In this document: in pieces, positions 45,618-55,320 of the stretch | Layout: each line of letters starts with the position of its first letter | Position numbering within the stretch: the stretch's first letter is position 1 | Virus record (IMG/VR): IMGVR_UViG_3300037313_001869 | Span: 288,001-352,000 of that record | Reading direction: 5' to 3' (one strand) | DNA: 64,000 nucleotides | Source: a virus | Lineage: Duplodnaviria > Caudoviricetes | Position numbers and translations under genes: made by a program | Notes under the pieces: generated by a model | The model's database searches: none | What the model saw: the letters and a program-made list of their open reading frames with translations, nothing else | What the model was told of the DNA's origin: nothing

Positions 45618-46058
45618 TCAACGGTGCTTGCAGAGGTGAGCCGTGCTCGGGGTCGTGTACGAGCCCTCCACCAGCGAGCCGCCGATGAGGGCCGTGAAGT
45701 CGACCGCGGGCGAGACGCGGCCGAGGTAGTGATCGCGGTAGTACCGCCCATGGTAGACGGCAGGCTCTCCTGGCTCACGCCGAACGGAGAGCCCACGCAA
45801 GGGGTGGCCCCAGCCGCCCGAGGCAACGAAGTCGTCGATCGGGAGCGTGCGGAAGCCCTTGGCCGCGTACGCTTCTTCGGCTCGCTCGAAGGCGTCGAGA
45901 TCGTCCTCGAAGGCGAGATGTTCTCCCATTGACCCCACGTCGCTCACCGACAGGCCGAAGATGTTGCCCGCTCGGATGTACTCGGCGGTTACGTCCTCGT
46001 CCGAGCGGTACGGAGCGAGAGCGCTACGGACCCATCGAGAGAGCTTCCTCAGCAGCAT
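45618..46058 (-). CDS. hypothetical protein
   Basis: ORF preceded by CGGTGTA. Confidence 0.7.
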   Translation of the reverse strand: MLLRKLSRWVRSALAPYRSDEDVTAEYIRAGNIFGLSVSDVGSMGEHLAFEDDLDAFERAEEAYAAKGFRTLPIDDFVASGGWGHPLRGLSVRREPGEPAVYHGRYYRDHYLGRVSPAVDFTALIGGSLVEGSYTTPSTAHLCKHR

Positions 46059-46093
46059 GAGAGTCCTTACACCGTTCGGTGTAGGTCTTGGTC

Positions 46094-46474
46094 ATGCCGA
46101 GCTACTATCGCCTGAACGGAACCGACTACGAGGCCGTTCCCGGCCCGGAAGGGTCGGAGCCCCTTCGGCGTACCGAGTACGATGGGGTATCGGTCTCAAC
46201 CATCTTTCTGGGCCTGGACCACAACTTCACGGCGGTAGGCCCTCCTGTGCTCTTCGAGAGCATGGTGTTCGGAGGCTCGCTCGACGGGGAGCAAATCCGC
46301 TCGACGAGTTACGACTCTGCGATGAAGACCCACGACCGCCTGGTTCGGCGAGTCTTCGGGGGGCCGAGGCCCGACACGGCGCTTCCCAACGGCAAGAGGT
46401 CCCGCTCGGCTTCCAGCCAGCCGGACGAGGTACCTGTTCCCGAGGTCCGGCGGAGCCGTTTCGACCGGATCTGA
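46094..46474 (+). CDS. hypothetical protein (C-terminal SRFDRI)
   Basis: VSTIFLGLDHNF...PPVLFESMVFGG; CGGTGTA upstream. Confidence 0.75.
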   Translation: MPSYYRLNGTDYEAVPGPEGSEPLRRTEYDGVSVSTIFLGLDHNFTAVGPPVLFESMVFGGSLDGEQIRSTSYDSAMKTHDRLVRRVFGGPRPDTALPNGKRSRSASSQPDEVPVPEVRRSRFDRI

Positions 46475-46491
46475 CACGCTCGGTGTAGGAG

Positions 46492-46908
46492 ATGACCACA
46501 ATGGCCCACTGCCCCGTTTGTGATGGACCCCCGCACGCCAAGGGGTGCTTGTATGCGGAGTACAAGCGCAAATCCGGGCTTTTTCAGGTTCTCGGTAACA
46601 GCCTCGGGGAGATGCGGGACGTGGTGATCGGCTCGGTGCTGCTCATCGTCATTGTCGGGATCTTCATCGTCTCGCTCTTCGGCGGAGCGTTCGTCGAGGA
46701 CGACCGTGTGATCTCGGGCGTGCAGAGCCACGGCTTCGCCCAGCCGGTCATCCTCTCGAAGTCGATCGGGCTCGTTCACCTGGAGGGCTGCTCGACGGAC
46801 GACTCGGCGCTCTACCGGGTCTCGGCCATCAACCCCCGTGGCGCCACGGTGCAGCTTCTCGTTTGTGCTGGCTACCCCTTCAAGGGTGTAACGGTTCGCA
46901 CGCCATGA
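46492..46908 (+). CDS. single-pass membrane protein
   Basis: Hydrophobic segment VVIGSVLLIVIVGIFIVSLF. Confidence 0.7.
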   Translation: MTTMAHCPVCDGPPHAKGCLYAEYKRKSGLFQVLGNSLGEMRDVVIGSVLLIVIVGIFIVSLFGGAFVEDDRVISGVQSHGFAQPVILSKSIGLVHLEGCSTDDSALYRVSAINPRGATVQLLVCAGYPFKGVTVRTP

Positions 46909-47141
46909 GTGACGCTACCCTCGATCTCCTGAACAGCGACATTGACTACGTCGTTGCCCAGCTTCAGGTCTGCGCCCGGTCGATGGCCGGCACCGACCGC
47001 TACGAGCTGGCCACGAGGCGGCTTCGGGCCTACCTCGACGCGCTCGGCAAGGCCCGGGATCGGTACGCCTACGAGCGGAATCTCGCCCCTTCCGGGACGC
47101 TTCACTTCCTCAGCCCCCGCACCCGTTTCGAGAGAATATGA
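46905..47141 (+). CDS. hypothetical protein (C-terminal TRFERI)
   Basis: ATGA coupling at both ends. Confidence 0.7.
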   Translation: MSDATLDLLNSDIDYVVAQLQVCARSMAGTDRYELATRRLRAYLDALGKARDRYAYERNLAPSGTLHFLSPRTRFERI

Positions 47142-47842
47142 CCCCTCTCGACCAGGCCAAAGCCGTCCTCACCTGGCTCCAGCTCTACCCGATCCCTTGG
47201 GGAGAGGTTGGCCGGGTCTGGCTCACCCAAGCCCCGTTCTGGGCCGGGCAGTTTGCGATCGTCGGGGCCATGGCCTACGTCGCTTCGCATCCGTTCCGCA
47301 AACGGACTCTGCTTTCCAAGCCGATCTGCAAGCTCACGGGCCACGCCTGGACGATAGAGCGGCAATGCTCGTTTCTGTCGAGTGAAGAAGAAGCGAGAAT
47401 CCGGAAGCTCCACAAGCACGCCGGCTGCCGCGGTACCTGCGACCGCTGCGGCGAGGAGTGGGACGATTGGACGTGGCGCTTTGAGGAGAACCAAGCTCGC
47501 ATCCGGCGCCAGACCGAGGAGTACCAGGCCGCCTTGCGAAACACAGGCTCCGCTCATGCCGTAGCCCGGACCGAGTACGACGAAGCTGAGAGCGACGAGG
47601 AGCGGCAAGAGATCGTGAACGAACACCTCTCGCGTCCGGCGACCTCGGCCAAGAAGACCCGCAAGAGGAGCAAGGGTAAGAGGGGCGACCGCTTCGACCG
47701 GCTCGCGGCCGGGGACGACTCGATCGCCCCCTCCCTCACTCCTGCCGCAGAAGCGCCGAGTGTGCTTCCAGCCCCAGATCCTTCGGCAGCCGAAGACCCC
47801 GAGTCACCTGAGGGTCCCCGTACGTCGCGCTCCCGGTCATGA
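47138..47842 (+). CDS. hypothetical protein
   Basis: Coupled ORF; hydrophobic N-terminus, Cys/His cluster. Confidence 0.7.
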   Translation: MTPLDQAKAVLTWLQLYPIPWGEVGRVWLTQAPFWAGQFAIVGAMAYVASHPFRKRTLLSKPICKLTGHAWTIERQCSFLSSEEEARIRKLHKHAGCRGTCDRCGEEWDDWTWRFEENQARIRRQTEEYQAALRNTGSAHAVARTEYDEAESDEERQEIVNEHLSRPATSAKKTRKRSKGKRGDRFDRLAAGDDSIAPSLTPAAEAPSVLPAPDPSAAEDPESPEGPRTSRSRS

Positions 47843-48581
47843 CCCGGACGTTCGAGACGATCTCGACATCGCTCGTGTCGTGGACGTGGCCGCAGAGCAC
47901 GACGATCTTCTTGTCGTAGAACGTGTCGGCGCAGCGCAAGATCATGTCTCCCGTGGCCTTCGAGCAGTACCACGGCAGATGAAACTCATCGGAGACCCGA
48001 CCTTGGTACGTCGTCGCCTGGGGGAAGGGCGGAAAGTGCGTTGCGAAGATCACCGTGTCGAACTTCGAGAGCGCCTGGCAGAGTAGCTCCTCGGCTTGCC
48101 GGGCCGAGCGATCAGCGATCTTCCGGATCTCGGGCAGGATCGCGAACTTCGGCAGCCCTCGGAACTCCTCGATCCGCCGCCAGTCGTTCATGTAGACCGT
48201 CGAGGCTTCGGGGTTGCCCCAGCGGCCATCGTACCAGCCTTCGTGCCCGACGATGCCAATGCCCGGGCACAGCTCCCGCGCTCCGAGCCTCAACCAGTGA
48301 AGCTGACCCTCGCTCACCTTCGCCGCTCGCTCGTGGGTCTCGCGGTAGGACCCGTCCCAGAAGTCGTGGTTGCCGAGAACGAAGTAGACCGGCCGATCGC
48401 CGAAGCCCTCCGAGAAGCTCTGGAGGTAGCTCGCGAAGGACGTGCTCGTGCCGATGTCGCCCGTGATGACGGCCGCGACGGCGTCGGGGAAGGCGTCTCG
48501 CGCCTCTTCGCCGCAGGTAAAGGGCGTGTCGAAGCTGGTTACGTCGAAGTGAAGGTCGGTGAGCCACACGAGCTGGGACAT
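47736..48581 (-). CDS. calcineurin-like metallophosphoesterase
   Basis: DLH, GD, GNHD, GHVH. Confidence 0.93.
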   Translation of the reverse strand: MSQLVWLTDLHFDVTSFDTPFTCGEEARDAFPDAVAAVITGDIGTSTSFASYLQSFSEGFGDRPVYFVLGNHDFWDGSYRETHERAAKVSEGQLHWLRLGARELCPGIGIVGHEGWYDGRWGNPEASTVYMNDWRRIEEFRGLPKFAILPEIRKIADRSARQAEELLCQALSKFDTVIFATHFPPFPQATTYQGRVSDEFHLPWYCSKATGDMILRCADTFYDKKIVVLCGHVHDTSDVEIVSNVRVMTGSATYGDPQVTRGLRLPKDLGLEAHSALLRQE

Positions 48582-48637
48582 GCAAGAGGGTACCTACACC
48601 AGCATTAAACGCCGAAGGCCCCCGTAGGGGCCTTCGC

Positions 48638-48982
48638 TCAGTAACCGCCGAAGGGTCCGAGCCGTCCGGCCCGCGTTCCCTGGGGTCCGAACCGGACCTC
48701 GTAGGGCTCTTCCTCGCCCTCGTAGTGCTCCTCCTGGTCAGGCAGGAACATCCATTTCGCCGAGGCCCGAGGACCCTCGGCGCCGTCGGCGAGAGCGGCC
48801 AGGGCCAGGTCAAGGAAGCGGCCCGCGCCGCCCGCCGTGGTGAAGTTGGGCAGCCCCAGGTACTCGCCCTTCTCGCCCTCTCGCTTGAGGTAGGCGTGGT
48901 AGACGCGGTACCTCTCGCCGCCCTCGTACTTCGTGCCCGACCGAACCGCGCCCGACCAACCCGAGATGTCCGTCTTCGCCAT
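48638..48982 (-). CDS. hypothetical protein
   Basis: After GGAAAA-N16-CGTCT motif; SD GAGG. Confidence 0.7.
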   Translation of the reverse strand: MAKTDISGWSGAVRSGTKYEGGERYRVYHAYLKREGEKGEYLGLPNFTTAGGAGRFLDLALAALADGAEGPRASAKWMFLPDQEEHYEGEEEPYEVRFGPQGTRAGRLGPFGGY

Positions 48983-49068
48983 TTTCACACCCTCGCTTTC
49001 CTGTGCCCTAGACGCCTGAGACCCGGGGCTTTTTCCAAAGTCCCCGGGCCCGTGCTCTTTTTTCTCGC

Positions 49069-49455
49069 TCAGATGTAGCGGGGGGTGAAGGCTTCCATCT
49101 CGTCCGCCTTCTTCTCCGCTGCCACTTCTTCGGCCGCCCCGTAAGCGACGTAGGCTTCCGAGCCGTAGACCGGGCGCGAACGGTACCACTTGGCGCTGTT
49201 CACCGGGCTGAGGCCCGCCGCGAAGCCCTTCTCGACCTGACCGAGCAGCTTCTCGATCTCGGCCTGATCCCGCGACGACTTCTTGGAGGCGTATCGGTCG
49301 CCTCGCTCGTTCGTCACCGTCACGTAGTAGACCTCCAGGATGGGGCGCTCGCCGTCCTCGTTCATCGGCCCCTCGACCAGATCCGAAGCCATGCAGGCTT
49401 CCCAAACCACCGCCACCGCCACCGCCGCCGTCTCGCTCTTCGTGTTGTTCGTCAT
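49069..49455 (-). CDS. hypothetical protein
   Basis: After GGAAAA-N16-CGTTT motif. Confidence 0.7.
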   Translation of the reverse strand: MTNNTKSETAAVAVAVVWEACMASDLVEGPMNEDGERPILEVYYVTVTNERGDRYASKKSSRDQAEIEKLLGQVEKGFAAGLSPVNSAKWYRSRPVYGSEAYVAYGAAEEVAAEKKADEMEAFTPRYI

Positions 49456-49501
49456 GGTGAGCCCTAAACGGACGGGGCCCACGGTCTTTTCCGAAAATCG
49501 T

Positions 49502-49909
49502 CTAGCGGCCTTTTTTGCCGAGATTTGCCGCTGCAACGGCTGGGTCAACGGGCGAGCCGGCTACCCGAACGTGCTTCCACGACGGCTGGCCCGAGGGGGG
49601 TCTTCCCACCCCGGGCATCGTGAACGAGACCCGATAGGGTACCGGCTCGGGCGGCCGGGGCAGTTCGAGGGCCTGGACGTACTCGGCTACCTTCGTGAGG
49701 GCCACGAAGAGACGCGCCTTCTCGGGGTCGTCCGGGTTACGATCAGGGTGCAGCTCGAACGCCAGGCGCCGGAAGCTCTTTCTCGCTGTCTCCTTCAGCG
49801 CCGAAAGAAGCGCCTCGGCTCGGGCTGGGTCGCGCTCCCGGCCTACGGCCTCGATCGCCTCGGGCGTCACGCCGAGGTCGTGCAAAAGGGTCTCAGCCGA
49901 CGGCGGCAT
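49502..49909 (-). CDS. J-domain protein
   Basis: KSFRRLAFELHPDRNPDDPEKARLF..L. Confidence 0.8.
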   Translation of the reverse strand: MPPSAETLLHDLGVTPEAIEAVGRERDPARAEALLSALKETARKSFRRLAFELHPDRNPDDPEKARLFVALTKVAEYVQALELPRPPEPVPYRVSFTMPGVGRPPSGQPSWKHVRVAGSPVDPAVAAANLGKKGR

Positions 49910-49933
49910 GGTGTCAGAGGAAGTAGGCCACAA

Positions 49934-50395
49934 ATGAAAGCTGCTATCTCCGGGCCCCGAGACATTGCCCCCGACGACCATGCGCGAATCGAGCAAGCCA
50001 TGGCCCTTCTGGTTGCCCGAGAGGGTATCGAGGAGCTGTGGTTCGGGGGTGCCCGCGGCACAGATACCGTTGCCCTGCTCGCGGCCCTGGCCCACCGCAA
50101 AGAGGGGCGACCGAAGCTCGTGGTCGTCGTCCCCGACAAGGTGAGCCGGCAACCCTACGAGGCCCAAGCGGCGATCCGCCGGGCCGATCAGGTAATCGAG
50201 CTAGGGCACCCCATCACCAAGGAGGATCGCTACGCGGCCTTCAAGGAGCGCAACGTCTACCTCGTGGATCACACCTCGTTTCTCGTGGCGTTCTGGACCG
50301 GCGACTACAAGACCGGAACGGGCCATGCCGTGGCCTACGCCGAAAGAGACGGCATCAAGGTTTACAAGATCCCCGTCCGGGGCCTGCCAAAGTAA
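49934..50395 (+). CDS. SLOG-superfamily (YspA/DprA-like) protein
   Basis: ISGPRD, GGARGTD, RN..LVD, FWTG...GTGHAV. Confidence 0.8.
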   Translation: MKAAISGPRDIAPDDHARIEQAMALLVAREGIEELWFGGARGTDTVALLAALAHRKEGRPKLVVVVPDKVSRQPYEAQAAIRRADQVIELGHPITKEDRYAAFKERNVYLVDHTSFLVAFWTGDYKTGTGHAVAYAERDGIKVYKIPVRGLPK

Positions 50396-50901
50396 CAGAC
50401 CGTATCGGATCGGTGTAGTCCCTGCATGGGAGGCCCGGTCACGATGCGTATGTACTTTGGGACGAGGGAGTCGGGGCTGCGGTCGCTGAAAGCCGGAACG
50501 AGCGTGACCCGTGACTTCGAGGCGGCCGTGGCCCTGACAGGTCAGGGTGAGGGCCTTGCCTACGTCTACGAAGTCTTCGTGAGCGAAGAGTCCGTAACGT
50601 GGGAGAGCGAAGACGGGGGCCCGCTTCGTGCCCCTGCCGGAGTCCTCCGCCGGCTGCTGGTGGACCCCGGAGCACCCCCGATCCCCGTCCCCAAGAAGTT
50701 CGCCAGGGCTTCCTGATTCCTTCTATACGAAACCCCAAAAGAACCCGTGGTCCGCCCCCATGCCTGAGCCTGCCGTGCGGTGTTTACCTGCCCCATGGCC
50801 ATCCGATCGTCGCGAGCCGTTTCCCCTTTGAGGGTGTCGGCGGCTCGGGCGCAAGGCTGGGCTGCGTGTCTTCTCGTACCCAAGAACCCAAGAACCGACC
50901 G

Positions 50902-51222
50902 ATGACCGACGAAAAGCAAGACCAGACCATCCAGTGCAAGGGCTGCCGCAACCCGTTCACCTTCACCGCCGGAGAGCAGCGCTTCTACGAGGAGCGCCAG
51001 TTCACCCCGCCGGTCCGTTGCAAGCCTTGCCGGGACGCCCGCAAGGCCCAGCAGAACGGCCAGTCGGCGGCGCCCGCTCCTCTCCCCACGGCGCCCGAGA
51101 CCGTCGAGGTCGTTCGCCGGGGTAAAGGAGGAAGCTTCGCCTCCGAGAGCTACGGCAAGCCCCAGGGCAAGCCGGCTCGCCGCGGGGGGCGCGAGCGTGG
51201 GTACGACTCCTGGGAGGAGTGA
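50902..51222 (+). CDS. zinc-ribbon protein
   Basis: DQTIQCKGC...FTFTAGEQRFYEERQFTPPVRCKPCR. Confidence 0.85.
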   Translation: MTDEKQDQTIQCKGCRNPFTFTAGEQRFYEERQFTPPVRCKPCRDARKAQQNGQSAAPAPLPTAPETVEVVRRGKGGSFASESYGKPQGKPARRGGRERGYDSWEE

Positions 51223-51372
51223 TCGCGGGTCGATTTCCGCTGCACACGCCCGAGGGGGCGTGTTAGATACCCCGTGGGCGGCGCCTCGCCCCTCTCTTGG
51301 CGCTGTCCGTGGGACTCGGTTGGACAGACCCACGAAGGCCCGACCCTCTGCCGAGGGCCGGGCCTTCTGCTT

Positions 51373-51999
51373 TCAGTCCGCTTCGCCTTCCGTCCTGCGC
51401 TGGGGCGGGTGCTTCAGCGCCACCCGGAAGAAGCTGGCCGGGTCGGCTTCGAGGAAGAGCTTCTGGGCGAGAAGCTTGTCTCCGACCGGCACGCCTCCGA
51501 TCGGGTAGATGCAGTAGGTCGCCACGACCTCACCCTTTTCGATGAGGTCGACGTTGGGCCCGCTGTATTTACGGACGCGGTAGCCCCGTCCATCGCCCCC
51601 CTCGACATCGAAGTAGCCCTCGGCCTGGTAGGTGGTGGCTTGGTCGGGCCGGAGATACCGGAGCAGAAGCGCCTCGGCCTTCTTCTCGGCTTCCAGCCGC
51701 TTTTCGTGGTCCTTCTGCGCCTCGACCATCTGGTCTTGCCGGGCCTGCGCCTCGGGGCCAAGAGGGACATCATCGGGCAGAGGCCGGGTCCGCCGCATCT
51801 GCTCGTACAGCTCCCACACCTCCCGGTGCCGAGAGCGCAGGTCCTTCCAGTCCCGGAGCGGGAACTCGGTGACCCATTCGTACGCGCCCGAGCAGTTGCA
51901 GGCGAACCCAAGGGTCCGGCGCCAGGGGTTACCCCCGGCCCGGAAGCCCCCGTGCTGGGCGTGCTCGGCCATGTAGTTGAGAATGCGCTCGGTCTGCAT
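51373..51999 (-). CDS. hypothetical protein
   Basis: TGATG-coupled ORF. Confidence 0.7.
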   Translation of the reverse strand: MQTERILNYMAEHAQHGGFRAGGNPWRRTLGFACNCSGAYEWVTEFPLRDWKDLRSRHREVWELYEQMRRTRPLPDDVPLGPEAQARQDQMVEAQKDHEKRLEAEKKAEALLLRYLRPDQATTYQAEGYFDVEGGDGRGYRVRKYSGPNVDLIEKGEVVATYCIYPIGGVPVGDKLLAQKLFLEADPASFFRVALKHPPQRRTEGEAD

Positions 52000-52276
52000 C
52001 AGGCCCGCCTTCCTACCTGAAACGTCATCACGTCGTTCGTCGTGTTGCGCACTTCGATGCTCTCTCCGTTGAAGTCGCCCGAGATGTACCCCCCGGGCCC
52101 CAGCTCGATCGTGGTGAAGCCTCCGCGAGAGACGACCCGCACCGATCCTTCCGAGAGGCGGCGGACGGCCATGTCGGTAGCCGGCTTCAAGGCCAGCTTT
52201 TTCTTGGGCCGGAGCAGGAAAAAGGCTGCAATCCCAAGTGGGACGGCGACCAACGATACCAACAAAAGCTCGTACA

Positions 52277-52861
52277 TCACGCCCACCTTTCAAGAGCTTC
52301 GAGGACCCGGCGCACCTCACGTCGGAGATCCTCGGTCCCTGCTTCGTTGTCGATTGTGAGGTCCTGCCGAGACGGGAGATCCTTCGCAGCCACCTGGGCC
52401 AAGGGCTCGGACAGGCCCCTCGACCTGACAAGGCGCGAGGCCCTCGTTGCTTCCGAGGCCACGACAGCGACGATCGGCCGGACGCGGGACCGGAAGCGCT
52501 CCTCTCCGATCCACGACGCCTCGATCCCGATCCACGGCGCCCCGGCCTTTCCGATTCGCTGCGCCTCTTCGTCCATGGCCTGAACGTGCATCTCCCGCAC
52601 CCGTTCGAGAACGCGAGCGGTCATCTGGGGGTCAACGAGGCTCGCGACCGTGATCTTCGGCCAGTCGATGAGCCCATCCGGCCCGACGACGCCCGCTCCC
52701 GTGGCCCGGACGAGGGCCAGAAACCCCCTGCTACCCGGGGCAAAGAGATGGTCGAGGACCACGTCGGACTCGACGATGGGGACCCCTTCCTCGCGGAACA
52801 TCGACGCGGCGAGGGTCCGTCCCGAACCCCGCCCCCCGGTCAGCCCGAAGAGCCGGGCCAT
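52277..52861 (-). CDS. dephospho-CoA kinase-like P-loop protein
   Basis: FGLTGGRGSGRT...ESD...GLIDW...IDN; Walker A Lys replaced by Arg. Confidence 0.7.
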   Translation of the reverse strand: MARLFGLTGGRGSGRTLAASMFREEGVPIVESDVVLDHLFAPGSRGFLALVRATGAGVVGPDGLIDWPKITVASLVDPQMTARVLERVREMHVQAMDEEAQRIGKAGAPWIGIEASWIGEERFRSRVRPIVAVVASEATRASRLVRSRGLSEPLAQVAAKDLPSRQDLTIDNEAGTEDLRREVRRVLEALERWA

Positions 52862-53256
52862 CAGACCTTCTTCCCGATCCCCTCGAAGAGGCACCGGTTG
52901 AAGAAGCTGAACGTAGACCGCTGGCTCACGAGCACTTCGGGCGGGAGCCAGCGGGTGATCGCCCCCTCCCTGTCCCCAGGGGTACCGCTCCAGGTGAGAA
53001 CCCGGTAGCAGAGGCAGCGCTTGCCGCCCTGGTTCGGAGCGTCGGGGCCGTCGAAGATGAGCGACAGCTCGCCCAGCTCGATGCCCGTCTCTTCGCGGGC
53101 CTCGCGCCGGATGGCCGCCTCCGGGCTCTCGCCCGGGTCGATCTTGCCTCCGACCAAGCCAAAGCTCTCGTGGTCGTTCTTGCGCGAGACGCACAGGATC
53201 GCCCCGTCGGCCCGTTCGATGTAGGCCACAACGGAGAAGATGGGGGTGAACGTCAT
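52861..53256 (-). CDS. Nudix hydrolase
   Basis: GGKIDPGESPEAAIRREAREETG. Confidence 0.92.
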   Translation of the reverse strand: MTFTPIFSVVAYIERADGAILCVSRKNDHESFGLVGGKIDPGESPEAAIRREAREETGIELGELSLIFDGPDAPNQGGKRCLCYRVLTWSGTPGDREGAITRWLPPEVLVSQRSTFSFFNRCLFEGIGKKV

Positions 53257-53542
53257 CACCCCTCCGGCAGCTCGAAGGCTGAGCCCCGCGCCGACGGGTT
53301 CCATCCGAGCCCGAGACCCTGTCTCACGGCCACAGCGATCGTCTCGGGGGTGACGGGCGCTCCGTACGGGTAGCGGAACCGGAGCACGTTGCCCGGCTTC
53401 TCGGCTTCTTCTTGCACCACCACGACCAGCTCTTTCTGATCGTGGTGGTCGGGAATGTGCGTCTCTTTGACGAGAAACCGATACGGCTTGCCGTCGACCT
53501 CGGTGCGGCGGCTGCCTTTGCGCGGGATGCCCATACGATTTG

Positions 53543-53956
53543 TTACACCGCGAGCCTGGCGGCCTTGCGCCGGAGAAGCTCGCTCTTGCTGTCGGGCGAG
53601 AGCTGCCATTCGATGTTGAGGGTGCTGCCCGGAGACTTGACGATCACGGGGAAGCTCGTGCCATGAATCACCTCTTGGTCCGTTTCCGAGGCGAAGACCC
53701 CGACGCCCGTGATGCGTAGCGTCGGACCTGTCGCAGGGATGAAGACGCTAAAGCACGTCAGCCCCTCGTCTGACCCGACCACTACCGGCGTACGGGTCGA
53801 CCCTTCGTAGGTGATTTCCTGCCGGTATTCGTCCAGGAGGCCGATCCAGAAACGTCTTCTATCCTGCTCTTCTTCGGAGACCCGGGCTCGCTCTTGACGG
53901 GCCGCTATCGGGCTCACCTCGTCCCAGAACTCTTCCCACGCTTCGGAGACAATCAT
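53543..53956 (-). CDS. hypothetical protein
   Basis: ORF. Confidence 0.55.
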   Translation of the reverse strand: MIVSEAWEEFWDEVSPIAARQERARVSEEEQDRRRFWIGLLDEYRQEITYEGSTRTPVVVGSDEGLTCFSVFIPATGPTLRITGVGVFASETDQEVIHGTSFPVIVKSPGSTLNIEWQLSPDSKSELLRRKAARLAV

Positions 53957-54214
53957 GCCTGCACCACGAAAAGGGGCTGTCTTCTAGCGACCACGACGGT
54001 CGCTGGAGGACGCTTTGCACCGAAACTACCGCCGAAAACACCCGAGAACCACGACCAAACGCGAAGGAAACGGCCGCGGTTGGTGGAAGGTCTACTCGCT
54101 CCGCTGGTGGAAAAAGCAGCGGGCCCGCGATAGGCGGGCCCGTGATCGGAGCCTCATCGAGCGCGGCAAGTACGACGACCTGACAACGCGCTACCCGATG
54201 GATATCCTTTGGGA

Positions 54215-54919
54215 TTACTGGTGATCTACGCCGTCTACCGGGGCCTGGTACGAGGCCCCGGTAGACGATGCGCTCTCGGCCAGTCGCTCGAACCGGCTCG
54301 GGTTCGGCGCCTCGGCCTGTCGCATGTCCCCTTGCTCCTGATCGACGCCCGCGAGGGTGAAGATGGCAGCGGCGATCTCGTCTTCTGACCGGCCGACGGT
54401 TCGGGCCACGTCCATGGCCGTCCCGATGAGGGTTCTCTGCTCGCCTTGGAGCATGTTTTCGCCTTCGTCCCGGTCTGCCGGTCGAAGGGTCGCAGCCTGA
54501 CGCCCACGCCTCCAGGCTCCGGTCCGCGCCTCCCGACCCTGGGGCAGGGATTCTCCGGCGACCATGGCCGTCGGTTGGTTTCGGAGCTGGCGCCGCTCGG
54601 TCGCCGAAGTCGAAAACTGCGTGTTCTCGACCAGATGCGCGCGGTAGACGTTGCCGAGGGCGTCGGTGAGGAAGAGCAGGTCTCCATCGTTCCGGCTCAT
54701 CGGAGGCGAGGCGAAGGCCGGACCCCAGCTTGCGAGAAAGTCGGGGAGGCGGGTCGTTTCGACAGGGGCTCCGATCGGGGCCATCAGCGAGACATGGATC
54801 TCGCCCGCGTCGGTGACGAGCACGTCATGGACCGGTCGAAGCTCGCCCGTGTCGTGGCGACGCGCGAGCACGCCTCGGGAGAGCCAAACGGGCAAAGCAG
54901 GGGATTGGACAGGGGGCAT
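54215..54919 (-). CDS. hypothetical protein (PSRFERL)
   Basis: ORF in operon. Confidence 0.65.
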   Translation of the reverse strand: MPPVQSPALPVWLSRGVLARRHDTGELRPVHDVLVTDAGEIHVSLMAPIGAPVETTRLPDFLASWGPAFASPPMSRNDGDLLFLTDALGNVYRAHLVENTQFSTSATERRQLRNQPTAMVAGESLPQGREARTGAWRRGRQAATLRPADRDEGENMLQGEQRTLIGTAMDVARTVGRSEDEIAAAIFTLAGVDQEQGDMRQAEAPNPSRFERLAESASSTGASYQAPVDGVDHQ

Positions 54920-54922
54920 CGG

Positions 54923-55315
54923 TCAGTCCTTCTTGAACGGGTCGTTCTCGGCCCGGGGCATGTCGGACAGGTGCTTCTCGGCGATCATGTACTTGTCGCC
55001 GCCCTTGCGCATGTCCTCGGGGAGCTTGAGATCGCCGATCGGCACCTCCTTGTGGAGGAGGCTCTTCGGGGCGAGGAACTCCTCGGGCGCGAGCGCTTCC
55101 CGGACCTTTCGGACCGTGCGGACGTAGTCGCTCGCCCGGGTCTTCAGGGCAACTTCCAGCTCCTCCATCTCCCGGTGCATCGCTTCGAGATCGGGGAACT
55201 TGGCGAGGATCGCTTTCGTCTCCTCGTCGGCCCCGGCCTTGATGGCCTTCAGCGCGAGCGGGTTCAGGTCGTTGGCGGAGAGGAGGGTAGCGGTTTCTTT
55301 GCGAGTGAGCGGCAT
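54923..55315 (-). CDS. hypothetical protein
   Basis: SD AAGGAG. Confidence 0.75.
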   Translation of the reverse strand: MPLTRKETATLLSANDLNPLALKAIKAGADEETKAILAKFPDLEAMHREMEELEVALKTRASDYVRTVRKVREALAPEEFLAPKSLLHKEVPIGDLKLPEDMRKGGDKYMIAEKHLSDMPRAENDPFKKD

Positions 55316-55320
55316 GGTGT

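Noticed and set aside
53955-54224. ATG at 53955 in frame through a TAG with the 54015-54224 ORF (possible amber readthrough)
   Set aside because: A GGAGG SD directly precedes the TTG at 54015, so readthrough is not needed
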